Shown here in pieces: positions 49,701-62,200 of a DNA stretch of 64,000 bases. Source of the DNA: Macrostomum hystrix (Eukaryota; Animalia; Platyhelminthes); the NCBI GenBank assembly GCA_950097015.1, contig CATNEN010000001.1:4340001-4404000 (forward strand), given 5' to 3'. Below the pieces are notes generated by a model. It was not told the DNA's origin. It did not search any database and worked only from the letters and a program-made list of their open reading frames with translations. The position numbers and the translations under genes are program-made. Numbering within the stretch: position 1 is the stretch's first letter; each line of letters begins with the position of its first letter.

Positions 49701-49940
49701 ATGCTGCTAGCCTTATTTCCTCTGCTACTAGTGGCAATAGTCTTGTTGGCCCTCTGCGAAAGCTTCCTTAGAGGCTTGTTTCCGTTTAATTTGGACAAAT
49801 TGTTGAACACTGGCGCCGCTGTTGGTCACCACCATCACCATCACCATCATCATGATTATCACAACGATCCGCACGAACAATTCTTCGATGCCGTGGGTGT
49901 TTTCGACCAATCAGTGCCTTCGCCTCGTGATGGTTGCTAA
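49701..49940 (+). CDS. Small putative secreted His-rich peptide (79 aa)
   Basis: Signal-peptide-like MLLALFPLLLVAIVLLALCES and a His9 tract in mixed CAC/CAT codons; acceptor tttttttccag at 49692; AATAAA ~20 nt after the stop. Confidence 0.55.
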   Translation: MLLALFPLLLVAIVLLALCESFLRGLFPFNLDKLLNTGAAVGHHHHHHHHHDYHNDPHEQFFDAVGVFDQSVPSPRDGC

Positions 49941-50179
49941 TTTAATAACATGATTCTAATAAATATAAATCATTTCCTCTTTGATATGTATTAACTAGAA
50001 TATTTCACATCATTTGTTTTATTGTTCGCTTAGCTAAAAAGAGCACTTTTTGGCTTTTGACTTTCGCGACAATAAGTTCATGACCGATTTCGAACAATCG
50101 TTACATTGTTATTCTTGTGTATAAAATTTACTCAGGTGTTCTTGGTGTTAAGACCTGCTATCTATTTGTTAGATATCGA

Positions 50180-50791
50180 ATACGTGTTAGACAGACTGAC
50201 TACCTGTTAGACATGGAATCGATGTGTTAGACAGACTGTCTACCTGTTAGACATGGAATCGATGTGTTAGACAGACTGTCTACCTGTTAGATATGGAATC
50301 CTTGTGTTAGACAGACTGTCTACCTGTTAGACAGACTGTCTACCTGTTAGACATGAAATCCGTGTGTTAGACAGACTGTCTACCTGTTAGACATGGAATC
50401 CGTGTGTTAGACAGACGGTCTACCTGTTAGACATGAAATCCGTGTGTTAGACAGACTGTCTACCTGTTAGACATGAAATCCGTGTGTTAGACAGACTGTC
50501 TACCTGTTAGACATGAAATCCGTGTGTTAGACAGACTGTCTACCTGTTAGACATGGAATCCGTGTGTTAGACAGACTGTCTACCTGTTAGACATGAAATC
50601 CGTGTGTTAGACAGACTGTCTACCTGTTAGACATGAAATCCGTGTGTTAGACAGACTGTCTACCTGTTAGACATGAAATCCGTGTGTTAGACAGACTGTC
50701 TACCTGTTAGACATGAAATCCGTGTGTTAGACAGACTGTCTACCTGTTAGACATGAAATCCGTGTGTTAGACAGACTGTCTACCTGTTAGA
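50180..50791. repeat. 40-bp minisatellite (gttagacagactgtctacctgttagacatgaaatccgtgt), a dimer of 20-bp subunits
   Basis: About 15 tandem copies. Confidence 0.95.
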
Positions 50792-51369
50792 TTTTAACTA
50801 TCTAGACTACACATGAGTAGCTTTCTGTTTAATTGAGTTGTCTCTCTTTTTTCAAGACAGATTTTGTTCATTGTACCTACCCTTCAAAGAATTGGCTGTT
50901 GCTTCCTACTAATGTCGAAGTTTCTCATTTTGTCTGCCCCTCTTTGGCAGTGATTTATTGTTGTGTTAATCTCTAATTCCTCATTCATTAGTCAGCTTGT
51001 TCTACTCACATTCACGGTCGTTATTGATTTTGCTGTTTTAACCAATCAGCGAATGTTCTTTTAATTTTAAGTCGCGTTTGTTTTTTGTGCTTGGCGCATA
51101 GTCAAAGGGGCTGTTTTAAGATTAAAAATAGTTTCCTTTATACCTAAACGGTTTTCAATATACATGTAAAAGGTTTTTCTTTTTTGTTTTACTTTTCTTG
51201 TTTTATTTCTATCTATTAAACTAAATTTTATCGTTTCACTTTCGATTGAAAAAGTACATTATAGCAGAGTCAAGTTTAAATTATGCAACTTTGTTTTTCT
51301 TCAAAAAAAATTTGCCATTTCGTTTAATTTGTTCAATTTTTATTTTGAATCTATATCATATTTTAGATT

Positions 51370-51788
51370 CCCGCTAAAAATAGGAATGTTTCTTTGTGTG
51401 ATTCCAGTTGGAATCTGCGGTGTTTCCAGAAAAAGAAACAGCCGAACGCTGGAAACATACCAATCGGATGATTTCATGCTTAGAATCTACCCAACTGGGC
51501 GTTTTCTCGGTGCTTCTTGGTGGCGAAATGGAATCACCCAAAGAATCCTCCAGTTCGGAAGATTTCATGCTCAGAAACCGCCGAGGAATCGCCCGTAAAT
51601 AATTCTCTGGTTGTCCCATGGGCCACTGGTTCGGGTGATTCTTCGGCGGTTTCCGCACAATTTACGGTTACATCGGCTGCTTCCTGGGTGGTTTCTTTAA
51701 CTCTTGCGAGATAGGGGGGATTTCGGTAGATTCCACTCCTATTTTGCACAAAAAACCCGCCGAAGAAGCAGCCGAATTTTTTACAGGG
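51370..51788. mobile_element. Probable CACTA/EnSpm-like (CMC) non-autonomous element
   Basis: Termini cccgctaaaaa / tttttacaggg; 2-bp TT flanks; internal direct and inverted subrepeats (gatttcatgct-agaa, gaatc-ccc, gccgaa). Confidence 0.55.
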
Positions 51789-51864
51789 TTTTGTTTGTGT
51801 TAGATGTTTCGATATTAGATACCTGTAATTATTTTACCAATCGAACTTATTTAAATGGGAATTT

Positions 51865-52153
51865 AATTATTGATTACAACTGCCCCAATTGGGTCAGATA
51901 TGCAGCCGTCAGCACAGCCGCAGCTATTTCCGCGGCGCATCTGAAGGCTGCGTACTGCTGTTCAGTCCATGGACTGGGTGGGGACAACACACCCACGCCA
52001 GACAATGCTGATACACATTGTACAGCTGGGTGAACTGAAGCAATGCAGAATTCGGTTTCTTGCTGAAGGACACGAAGTGTTACAGTGGAGTCGGGAATCG
52101 AACCCCCGACCTTCAATTCGTAATTCCGACGCTCTAACCACTAGGCTACAACC
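51865..52153 (-). mobile_element. tRNA-derived CORE-like SINE family B
   Basis: Head ggttgtagcctagtggttagagcgtcgg...ggttcgattcccgac; CORE-like gtgtccttcagcaag...ttgcttcagttcacccagctgt; homologous to 52960-53257. Confidence 0.85.
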
Positions 52154-52959
52154 TAGTTGTTGTGATATCAAATCTGACGACCATTGATCCTAACAGTTTT
52201 ACTTGAAGCTGACATGCATCTGGAACAAATAAACAAACAATTATTGACATCGTAAAATAGTTTTTTCATTCACTTTAAAATAAAATAAACTATGCATTTA
52301 ACAATGAGCCAAAATAAACTCCGCTTAAAATTCATGAGATGTTCCGCTAGCTGTTACTGAAGGCTGCATAGTTACTGTATCTTTCACAGAAAACTAGCTA
52401 CATCTCGATTCTCTATTACTTGTTTAATAGACTATAAATACGTGTCAAATGAGTATACAATAGTTAAAAATCTCATCTGTTTTCCGCTTGGTCAGAACAC
52501 TATCGTCCATCATTTTAATGCTGATCGCCTTCTCTTTAAAAAAATAGATTTGTTTAACCTCAAACATAAAATAAACAAAAAAAATCAGCACCCAATCGGC
52601 GTGCGCACCTCAATAATAATAATAATAATAATAATTTTAAAGTACGAGTACTAAAGTACGTACTCATATTAAAACCTAATTTTTTTAAATCGACATTCCA
52701 TGGATGTATTCTCTGCATACTACTTACTTCTTGATCTAAGTAGTAAAATGATACTCTTCAGAAGAATAGTCTCCAATACGAACGGTAAAGAAAGATAGAG
52801 AAAAAATGAGGTATTCACTAGATTATTTATTTGTTTGATTATACATTAATTGCGTTATTTTTTTAAACTTCTGGATTACAAGTCCGTGAAAATAGGGTAC
52901 TACTTTAAGGTTTGTTACCCCATTTCGGTTATGACTTTGCAATGAAAATAATAATTGTA

Positions 52960-53257
52960 ATAATAATTGATTACACCTGCCCCAATTGGGTCAGATGTGC
53001 AGCCGACAGCACAGCCGCAGCTAATGCGCGGCGCATCTTAAGGCTGCGTACAGCTGTTCAGTCCACGGACTGGGGGGACGCCACACCCACCTTCAATTAT
53101 CCCAGCTGATGATGGTACCCATTTAACAGCTGGGTGAACTGAAGCAATGCAGAGTTAAGTGTCTTGCTAAAGGACGCAAATTGTTCCAGTGGAGTCGGGA
53201 ATCGAACCCCCGATCTTCAAGTCGTGAGTCCGACGCCCTAACCACTAGGCTACAACC
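52960..53257 (-). mobile_element. SINE family B copy
   Basis: High similarity to 51865-52153; (ATT)n tail. Confidence 0.85.
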
Positions 53258-53529
53258 TCTAATGAAAAACTACTGGATAAGAGGCTTTTCGAGCTGCACT
53301 AATCGGTGTATAAGTCTGATATAGCATGTACAGGTCTTAGCCAATCGAAGCTGTAGATTTCGTCAAACATGACACTGCTTTCGTCGTTTTTCGCGCGCGA
53401 TACACAAAAACTAAAAATTATCCTAGGCTAATGAAATCCAAGATTTTAATGTTAAATTACTTTTGGGACCTGAGAATCCTTTTAACTTTCAAAGTGAAAC
53501 AGCAATAAAGTAATAATGAGTAAACATGA

Positions 53530-53730
53530 ATTACACCTGCTTCAATCGGACCATTGAACATAGCTAGTGCGCTGTTCAGTCCATGGACTGGGGGAACGCC
53601 ACATCCACCCTCAACCACCCCAGCTAATGCAAAGTTAACCGTTTTGCCAATGGACACAAAATTTTCCAATCGAGTCAAGAAATCGAACCCCCGACCTTAA
53701 AGTCATAAGTCCGACGCTTTAATCACTACA
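53530..53730 (-). mobile_element. Degraded SINE family B copy
   Basis: Shares ctgttcagtccatggactggg and atcgaacccccgacctt. Confidence 0.7.
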
Positions 53731-54651
53731 CCTCTACCCCGTAAATAGTAGTTCTTAATTCGAATTTGAAGTTATAAAAAAGTAGCTATCTATAGTAAAT
53801 GCAAAGACCTTTTTACTCCATTTGCTGTTATGATAGCCTAAGTAATAATAAAATTGTCTAACTATCGATATCACTTGTCGGAGTGAGTGTAGGTTAGATG
53901 CACACAACTCGCCACAATGGGCAGGGAGTATTCAGTCGTTATCCCATTGGCTGCAGCATCCTCCCTCCCCAATGGACTCTCTCCCAGACCCAACTCACAC
54001 GCTAACACTGTGAGACGAGGATTGAACCACTGTCTGCTCAAACCCCCCACGCACCCTCCTTCCGCTGCCCGCCCCCAAAATGCGCCATAAATATTACCTA
54101 CGGCGCTCTGTTTAGCTGCGGTTGGTTCAGCTTCTGGAAACCATTGCCAATTATAGCTGGACTGCTGGACTTCAAACAATAGCTCACTGATTTAGCACAG
54201 CTGAGGACCAACCATACCAACACTGGTTGACGCAGTGCTGTAAGGTGAGCTCAGAACTAGTTTTTCTTACGGAACAGTTTTTTACCTTTCATTTTCCTTC
54301 CCTGTTTGCCAGTTAAAAATAGGCACCCATGAGCCAACTAATTAGGAATGTCAATTTTTAAGAGTGCCTGCACCTTGCAGTTTGCCTGGCTTGGCGTGAC
54401 TGCCTGTATTTTTTCTGCATCCTCCTTCACTTTGAGTTGTCGCAGTCTCCAACAGTGGATTGTCAATCAAACTGTTTTTTATGGCAAAGTTGCTTAGAAA
54501 ACGTTTTCCGGAGGAACAAAACATGGGGAGACGGAGGGGAAGAGGGAAATTGTTTGTTGTTTTTAACTTTATCTACAACCACGTTGATAAATAGCCCTAG
54601 TTAGGAGCATCGTGTTCAGAAACTGAAGGCTGAAGAAACCATTGTCTTCCA

Positions 54652-54772
54652 TGGGGAGTGTAGCCTATAGTGGTTGGAGCGCCGGGCTTATGACATTCAG
54701 GTTGGGGATTCGATTCCCGATTCACAGCGCCTTGGTGGTTGGTTGGCCTTCGGGGGCGTAAATTGTACGACA
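54652..54772 (+). mobile_element. SINE B-like tRNA head joined to an inverted SINE A-like fragment
   Basis: tgtagcctatagtggttggagcg...gattcgattcccga followed by gggcgtaaattgtacgac (close to the reverse complement of the SINE A segment gtcgtgcaatttacgccc). Confidence 0.55.
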
Positions 54773-55619
54773 CAGATACAGAGGCGCGAGACCTGCAACC
54801 GAAAATGTAGTGATACAGCGACTGTTTGATTAAGACGCGCATGAATAGGCACAAGTAAACACATCTGTAGGTCTCTCTCTCTCTACCTATCAGTTATCAG
54901 ATTCCGTGAGCTGTACTCGTATAGGTCTATATGCAGAAGACAATAAATGTATTTTAACTGAGCCTTTACTATTAGATTTTTTTCTGTGAGTACTTTAATT
55001 TTAGCTGCTAACTATACAGCCAAGGAAACCTTTGTAATGCTTCTTAAATGAATATTATATTAGCTGTGTGCGTACATCTACCCATGCATTCTGTGATTAC
55101 TGAGTCTGGCGGGAAGCGACACCAAAAAACATTTGTGACTAGTTTTTTTTCAGTACAGTTGACGGCTTTTAGGCTGGCAGTAATTTGGGATGGGGATGTG
55201 CGGAGACATTGTGATGCTACCTGGCGGTATTTCAGTTGAGAACAATAAACGCTAGACGCATGCAGGTCCTGAGTATTAGTGTGAGGTTTGTGCTCTTAGA
55301 CAGTCTTGCGGAAGCAACAGCTAAAGCTACATCTAGCTGCTCTTCACAATGGCACATTACAGCAGTACTGTTTGGGCAATTAACGTAGCTTTTACCGTGC
55401 TAAAATTGGAGACATACTATTTTAATTAGCTGTTTATTATAGTTACAATGCACCTGCTATATTTTCCTACCTGTTAATGGGATTTTCAAATTAATTTGAT
55501 TGCTTATAAGTCATGTATTGAGTCTTGAGTAGGTCTAAATCTCTACTGGGTGTCTGTTAAGCTTTAATACCTACTAGTTACATTTTCTCAGCTGATTAAG
55601 TTGTGTAAAAAATGTTGGG

Positions 55620-56190
55620 CAGCCCGTCCATTTGCTTGTTGTCCGTCGATTAATTAGGTGAGTCCGTCGATTAATTGGGTTGCCCGTCGATTAATTGGGT
55701 TATCCGTCGATTAATTGGGTTGCCCGTCAATTGAATAGGTTGCCCGTCGATTGATTGGTTTGCCCGTCGATTGATTGGTTTGCCCGTCAATTGATTGGGT
55801 TGCCCGTCGATTGATTGGGTTGTCCGTCGACTAATCGATTGATTGTGTTGTCCGTCGATTGATTGGGTTGCCCGTCGATTGATTGTGTTGTCCGTCGATT
55901 GATTGTGTTGTCCGTCGATTGATTGGGTTGCCCGTCGGTTGATTGGGTTGCCCGTCGATTGATTGGGTTGCCCGTCGATTGACTGGGTTGCCCGTCGATT
56001 GATTGGGTTGCCCGTCGATTGATTGGGTTGCCCGTCGGTTGATTAGATTGCCCGTCGATTGATTGGGTTGCCCGTCGGTTGATTAGGTTATCCGTCGATT
56101 AATTGGGTTGCCCGTCGATTGATTGGGTTGCCCGTTGGTTGATTGGGTTGCCTGTTTATTTTTAAGTTGCCTATAGATTGATTGGGTTGC
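55620..56190. repeat. 20-bp minisatellite (cccgtcgattgattgggttg) upstream of the otoferlin first coding exon
   Basis: About 27 tandem copies. Confidence 0.92.
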
Positions 56191-56281
56191 CGGGCAGTGG
56201 AGCTGAATTCTAAACATTATCCCGGATTCTCACTCTCTCGCTCTCCGCTCTGTCTCAACTTCATCAACAGGTGGCAACGAA

Positions 56282-59200
56282 ATGGCTCTCATACTGAACG
56301 TGAGATCGCTTGAGGGCCTTGACGGAAAGGGCGAGAGACTGCTGAAGGCGAATTTCCGCGGTGAGTAATTAAATAACTGTTCAATAACTACTCCGCCATA
56401 CTCTGCTCCATTCGAGCTGCCGTTTGGGAAGCTTCATTTTTGTTCTGTGAGCACTCAAGTATGAGACCCGTCTTCAAAAAAGAGAAAGGAGCGCCATTTC
56501 AATACAAGAATACACAATGAAGTATTGGAAGCACTTTCAGACTTGCGTGGCCATTCTGACAAAAGGAACACTGGGAAATGAGCTTTTTTACTTCTAATTT
56601 CTTTGATTCCCCCATAATTTATTTAGTTGAATTTAGATTCTTATCTTATGAAACATTCTGACTCCTGCTTTTAACGAAGAAGATTAGATACGGCAGAAGA
56701 TGAGGCAGGGAAAATATAAGACAGTGGAGAAAGGAGACACTGGAGAGATGAGACGCTGGAGTGATATGAGACGGGAGGGGCGAGATGAGACAAGCATCTT
56801 AACAAGCATATCATCTCTCCCACGTCTCATCTCTCTCGTGTCTCAACTCTACCCTGTCTCATCTCTCGCGTATCTCATCTCTCCCGTGTCTCATCTCTAC
56901 CCTGTCTCATCTCTTCCCTGTCTCATCTCTTCCGTGTCTCATCTCTTCCCTGTCTCATATTTTTCGAGTGTTTTCTCTCTCGTTTCTTATCTCTCCCGCG
57001 TCTCATCTCTCCCGTGTATAATCTCTCCCGTGTATAATCTCTCCCGTGTCTCATCTCTCCCCCGTGTCTCATCTCTACCCTATCTCATCTCTCCCGTGTC
57101 TCATCTCTACCCTATCTCATCTCTCCCGTGTCTCATCTCTACCCTGTCTCATCTCTTCCCTGTCTCATCTCTTCCGTGTCTTATCTCTTCCCTGTCTCAT
57201 ATTTTTCGAGTGTTTTCTCTCTCGTTTCTTATCTCTCCCGTGTCTCATCTCTCCCGTGTATAATCTCTCCCGTGTATAATCTCTCCCGTGTATAATCTCT
57301 CCCGTGTCTCAACTCTACCCTGTCTCATCTCTCGCGTATCTCATCTCTCCCGTGTCTCATCTCTACCCTGTCTCATCTCTTCCCTGTCTCATCTCTTCCG
57401 TGTCTCATCTCTACCGTGTCTCATCTCTTCCCTGTCTCATATTTTTCGAGTGTTATCTCTCCCGCGTCTCATCTCTCCCGTGTATAATCTCTCCCGTGTC
57501 TCTCTCGTCTCTCTCAGCAACTTTGGAAGCGCTGTGCTATAGCTACTGTTTGGGCTTTATAATTAGATTTTCATAAATATTTTCTGGTATTGTATTTTCG
57601 GTTTAGTATAGTCTATCACACATCGTTTGAGACTATTGTGCCTTCATGCGAAACATTTCTGATGCTTTCATTTCAAAAGGACTCAAAAGTCTTCTCACTG
57701 AACAGCCCTAACATGTGGGGGAGAAATATCCCCTTACAGGATTTTCTTTGGAAGAAAAAATTGCCGGACCGAGTAACTTGGGGAATGGATATCGTGTACT
57801 CTAGAAAATGCGTGCCGGGAAGTTACTCCGCGGAAATTTCTTCCTAAGATTGCAATTGACCTTTCCTTGATGGCCATAATTGACTTTGAGCTCTGCGGTC
57901 AAGTATAGTCTATGGCTTAAATCATTGTTCTCTCAGAGAGCAAGAAATTCTTATAAACCTCGCGGGCCAAAGAGGGAATTCAAAAGATAATAGCGGGTGA
58001 GATGAAATTCGGGTGAGGTAAAACGCGGGTGAGGTGAAACGCGGGTGAGATGAGACACGGGAGATATGAGATACGGGAGAGATGAGACACGGGAGAGATG
58101 AGACACGGGAGAGATGAGACACGGGAGAGATGAGACACGGTAGAGATGAGACACAGGAGAGATGAGATACGGGAGAGATGAGACACGGGAGAGATGAGAC
58201 ACGGGAGAGATGAGACACGGGAGAGATGAGACACGGGAGAGATGAGACACGGTAGAGATGAGACACAGGAGAGATGAGATACGGGAGAGATGAGACACGG
58301 GAGAGATGAGACACGGGAGAGATGAGACACGGGAGAGATGAGACAAGGGAGAGATGAGACACGGGAGAGATGAGATATGGTAGAGATGAGACACGGGAGA
58401 GATGAGATACGGTAGAGATGAGACACGGGAGAGATGAGACACGGGAGAGATGAGATACGGGAGAGATGAGACACGGGAGAGATGAGATACGGTAGAGATG
58501 AGACACGGGAGAGATGAGACACGGGAGAGATGAGACACGGGAGAGATGAGACACGAAAGAGATGAGATACGGGAGAGATGAGACACGGGAGAGATGAGAC
58601 ACGGGAGAGATGAGACACGGGAGAGATGAGACACGGGAGAGATGAGACACGGTAGAGATGAGACACAGGAGAGATGAGATACGGGAGAGATGAGACACGG
58701 GAGAGATGAGACACGGGAGAGATGAGACACGGGAGAGATGAGACACGAAAGAGATGAGATACGGGAGAGATGAGACACGGGAGAGATGAGACACGGGAGA
58801 GATGAGACACGGGAGAGATGAGACACGGGAGAGGTGAGACACGGGAGAGATGAGATACGGTAGAGATAGTAGGCATGGCCAGGGAATCGGAATTCGGAGC
58901 TTTGATGGCCGCAGGTTGCCGACGTGGAAGGAGGCTTGAGCATGTAGCTGATCACAATGTGGACTACAAGCAGTTGTTCGTGTGTTTGCATTTCTCTGGT
59001 TTCGTTTCTTCTAAGCCACCCCCGCTTGTCTCTTCTACTCGCTGCCACTTTTTGCTTTCGGCGTGCCATCGTCTCTGGGGAGAAACGCGCGGGGATCAGG
59101 ATCGGGGGATCGGTTCTGATGAGGGTGGAGGGTGCTGGGATGGGGTGGGCAGAGTTTGGCCGAGACTGGGGGGAAATTCAACGCAGAGTCTAATGGGATG

Positions 59201-62200
59201 TGCACGCGGGAGCCTCCTAACGGGTGGGATAAGGACTTGGAGAGGGGCCGTTGCTGCTGCAAATACAGGCGAGTTGTGCTTTTGGAGAGCAGAGGAGAGG
59301 AGAGAAGAAGGGCGTCATGGAGGATAGGGGGCCAGGGGTGAGGAGAAAAGAACTTAATGGAAGTCCAGTAGAGTGGGGTCTGATTAAGAATTCGTAAATC
59401 CTGCGATAAGACGGTATTTAAGGTGCATCTTATGAATTGGAAGCAATTTCAACAATAACAGGGGAGAGTAAGCTCTATTGAGTCATATTGAGTACTAGCT
59501 AATATGTAATAATCAGTAGGTTCTTGATAGTCATGGTCATGCAATGCATCTATGGAATAAAATACGCAGAGCCATATATCCACCAATTAAATATATTTCT
59601 TGGCTGCTGGGAGCAGACAGTTTGGTCCGGGCAAATGTCCGCAATTAGTTATTATCGATCGCGCTTGAGTAGGGAAGCTTCAGCAGCCGTATCCTCCCTC
59701 ACCTGTAGGTTTCAGAGACACTCAAGCACTTACCAACAGCCCCCCCAAATAGGCTGGTCCACAGTTTCCGCGCATTCAGTTGTGTCTCATTCCGTGAAGG
59801 ATAGTTTCATATATCGCCACCCACTCCACCTCCACTGCAAGCCATCATTCTGCAAAATATCAACTTATATCCGCATTTTGTCAGCAAATGTTTTTCTTCC
59901 ACTTATTGTGCACATCCTGTCCCCCTTGCGCTACTAGCCTGGTCCAGATCTGACATCCGCATATCACATTTTGGTAGTGTTGTGAGCTCAAATGAAAAGT
60001 GGACGAGAAGGCAATGGGAGTTTGGACGGTACAGACTCTCTGGATCCACAGAATCTACTCACTCCCCGCTCTCTGGCAGCGCTCAAACACTGGTCCATCC
60101 TACTAATGGGATAACAAATTATCTCCTGAGTAATTAACTGTCCCTGGTAGAGCTGACACTGCAGGGTTCCCGGAGTGAGATAGATTGCCATGGGAGTCGG
60201 GGGTGTTTGCTGGTGAGGCATCAGCTTGTGCAGTCCCGACCTCCGCTGGACGAGAATCGGAGTGAGATACACTGCCAGCTGTACGGGTCAACTTTCAATA
60301 TTGCCTCTGCTGGACATGCTATCACTATCTAAGTATAAAGTTGTATGGCTTGCATCATATGAGACCAAAATACACCAAAAACAACGGCGATTCATAAAAA
60401 ACTACTTTCTTTATCCACAAGATAATAAAATAGTACTTATTAGAAAGTTTTCATTGTGTAAATTATGAAATTTCGAGGTCTCCGACGAAGCATCCCAAGT
60501 CCGTTCACAATGTCTTATAAAAAGTGCTTTCCCTTCAGCGCCTGTTGCATCGATGCAGTATAAATTCGAAAATTACAATGGCCAGTGGCAATAAATATTT
60601 ATTTGTATCGCGAGTTGCCACTAAACTAATGGACTGTGCGCACTATAGCGCAGCCTAATTTGCGGCCCTATGCCGAATCCCACGAGTGACGCGTCTAGGG
60701 AGATACTCGTAATGGGGAGAAAGTGGACTAATACTGGGTGGGGCATTGCGGCGCGAGATAATGAGGATGATGCAGTCCCACAGGGATCCGCAGCCCTTAG
60801 TCGTTCACAAATGTGATAGACGATAAAATGCCGGACGTGCCGTGCTGCTCGGAACGTTTTTTTCCCGACCAGCTGCAGAGCTGCAACAATGTTGGGGCTT
60901 GTTTTGCCATTGCTTCGATGCAGAAAGTGGATAAAATAATTGCTTGAATTAAAAACCGTTTCAAAGCGCGGAACACAGCGATTATCTCACTGCTTCAGCA
61001 TTCACTTCCAGTTCCAACTGACTCGTGTCTGTTTTATTGCCAACTGGCCGCGCATTGCAGACAATGTTCAAACGTCCAACGCCGCTTCTGGAAGAGACTC
61101 CGTCTATTTTGGTCAACAGTTCAAATGGCCCGTCGGTCGACGCATCGAGATCACGGATGTGCTGGAGATTCGGGTGTACAACTTCTCAAAATATCTGGCT
61201 AATAAGTGCGAGAACCGCGGGGTTGATTTCCTGTGAAAAATTATCAGTTACCTGTCAAAAATGTGCACTTTAGCCCACTGCATTTGTAGATTGATCGGCT
61301 CGCTGACGATCAGCCTGCAGCAGCTGGTGCACGAGAGCAGTCTGAAACTGCGCGAACAGCTTATTGATGCCAATCACTCCACAATGCGGGTGAGACCACG
61401 GGGTTGCCTGGTAGAGGTTCTGATACGAAGCCTTTCCTTACCCTACGTATTGGTTCATTCCGACAGTTTTCGACCATAAAGACAATGGATGTATCATGAC
61501 AGCCTAGCCTAACTAATACGAGCTTCTTTTGCTTCTACACAAAAGTACGTCAGATAGAAAACATGCAAGCTAGCTCGCACATGCACCGGAACACTTATCA
61601 GATAGAACCTTATTTAAAATAATTATAATGAGCTCTCAATTTCCAAATGCATCTACATGAGTCCCTTGTTATGAGGTCGTTTCGAAAGTGATTTGACTGC
61701 ATAGATTGCACACCCCATCCATCTGCCTATCTCTTTCGGCTCCATCCAGCCCAACATTGGAGACCTCTGTCGCTTCCTTCTTTCATTCTTTTCCAATTCC
61801 AATCCTGACGTCTGAGGATTCGAAGCCGGCCTCCACCCGCCAACCAGCCTGAGGGAGGGGATGCGACGGAGCTACAGCTGGCCTGCCGTTCTAGGGCGCC
61901 GGCGGAAAGCTCTCGGGAAATGAGGGCCACTTCCCTCTGCCAGCCTCCCTAACCGTCTTCCTCTTTCCTCCCCTCCCCCTTCTCTACACCCTTCTCTCTC
62001 TCTCTCTCGTTTTTCCTTTTCCATGCATCCTAGAGCGAGCTTTCATTGCCTGAAAGCTGTCTGTTCCAGTCTTCTCTCTTCTTCATCGGCTTCCTTTAAA
62101 AGAATTATTTTTTTCAAATATGGCAAAAGCTAGAAAATGTAGACAGGGCCTGTGACAGCGGCTTAATCAATCGGGTTTCTGAGAAGACGCGAAATCTGAG

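Noticed and set aside
52085-52153. tRNA genes at the A/B-box sequences (also 22350-22423, 40003-40070, 49020-49085, 53190-53257)
   Set aside because: Followed by SINE bodies and tails, with imperfect cloverleaf; they are SINE heads
1763-59069. Long repetitive ORFs (e.g. 1763..2350, 26659..27498, 29417..30466, 38140..38676, 42368..42940, 43756..44207, 57922..59069)
   Set aside because: Translations of minisatellites, mostly inside introns and open in several frames or strands
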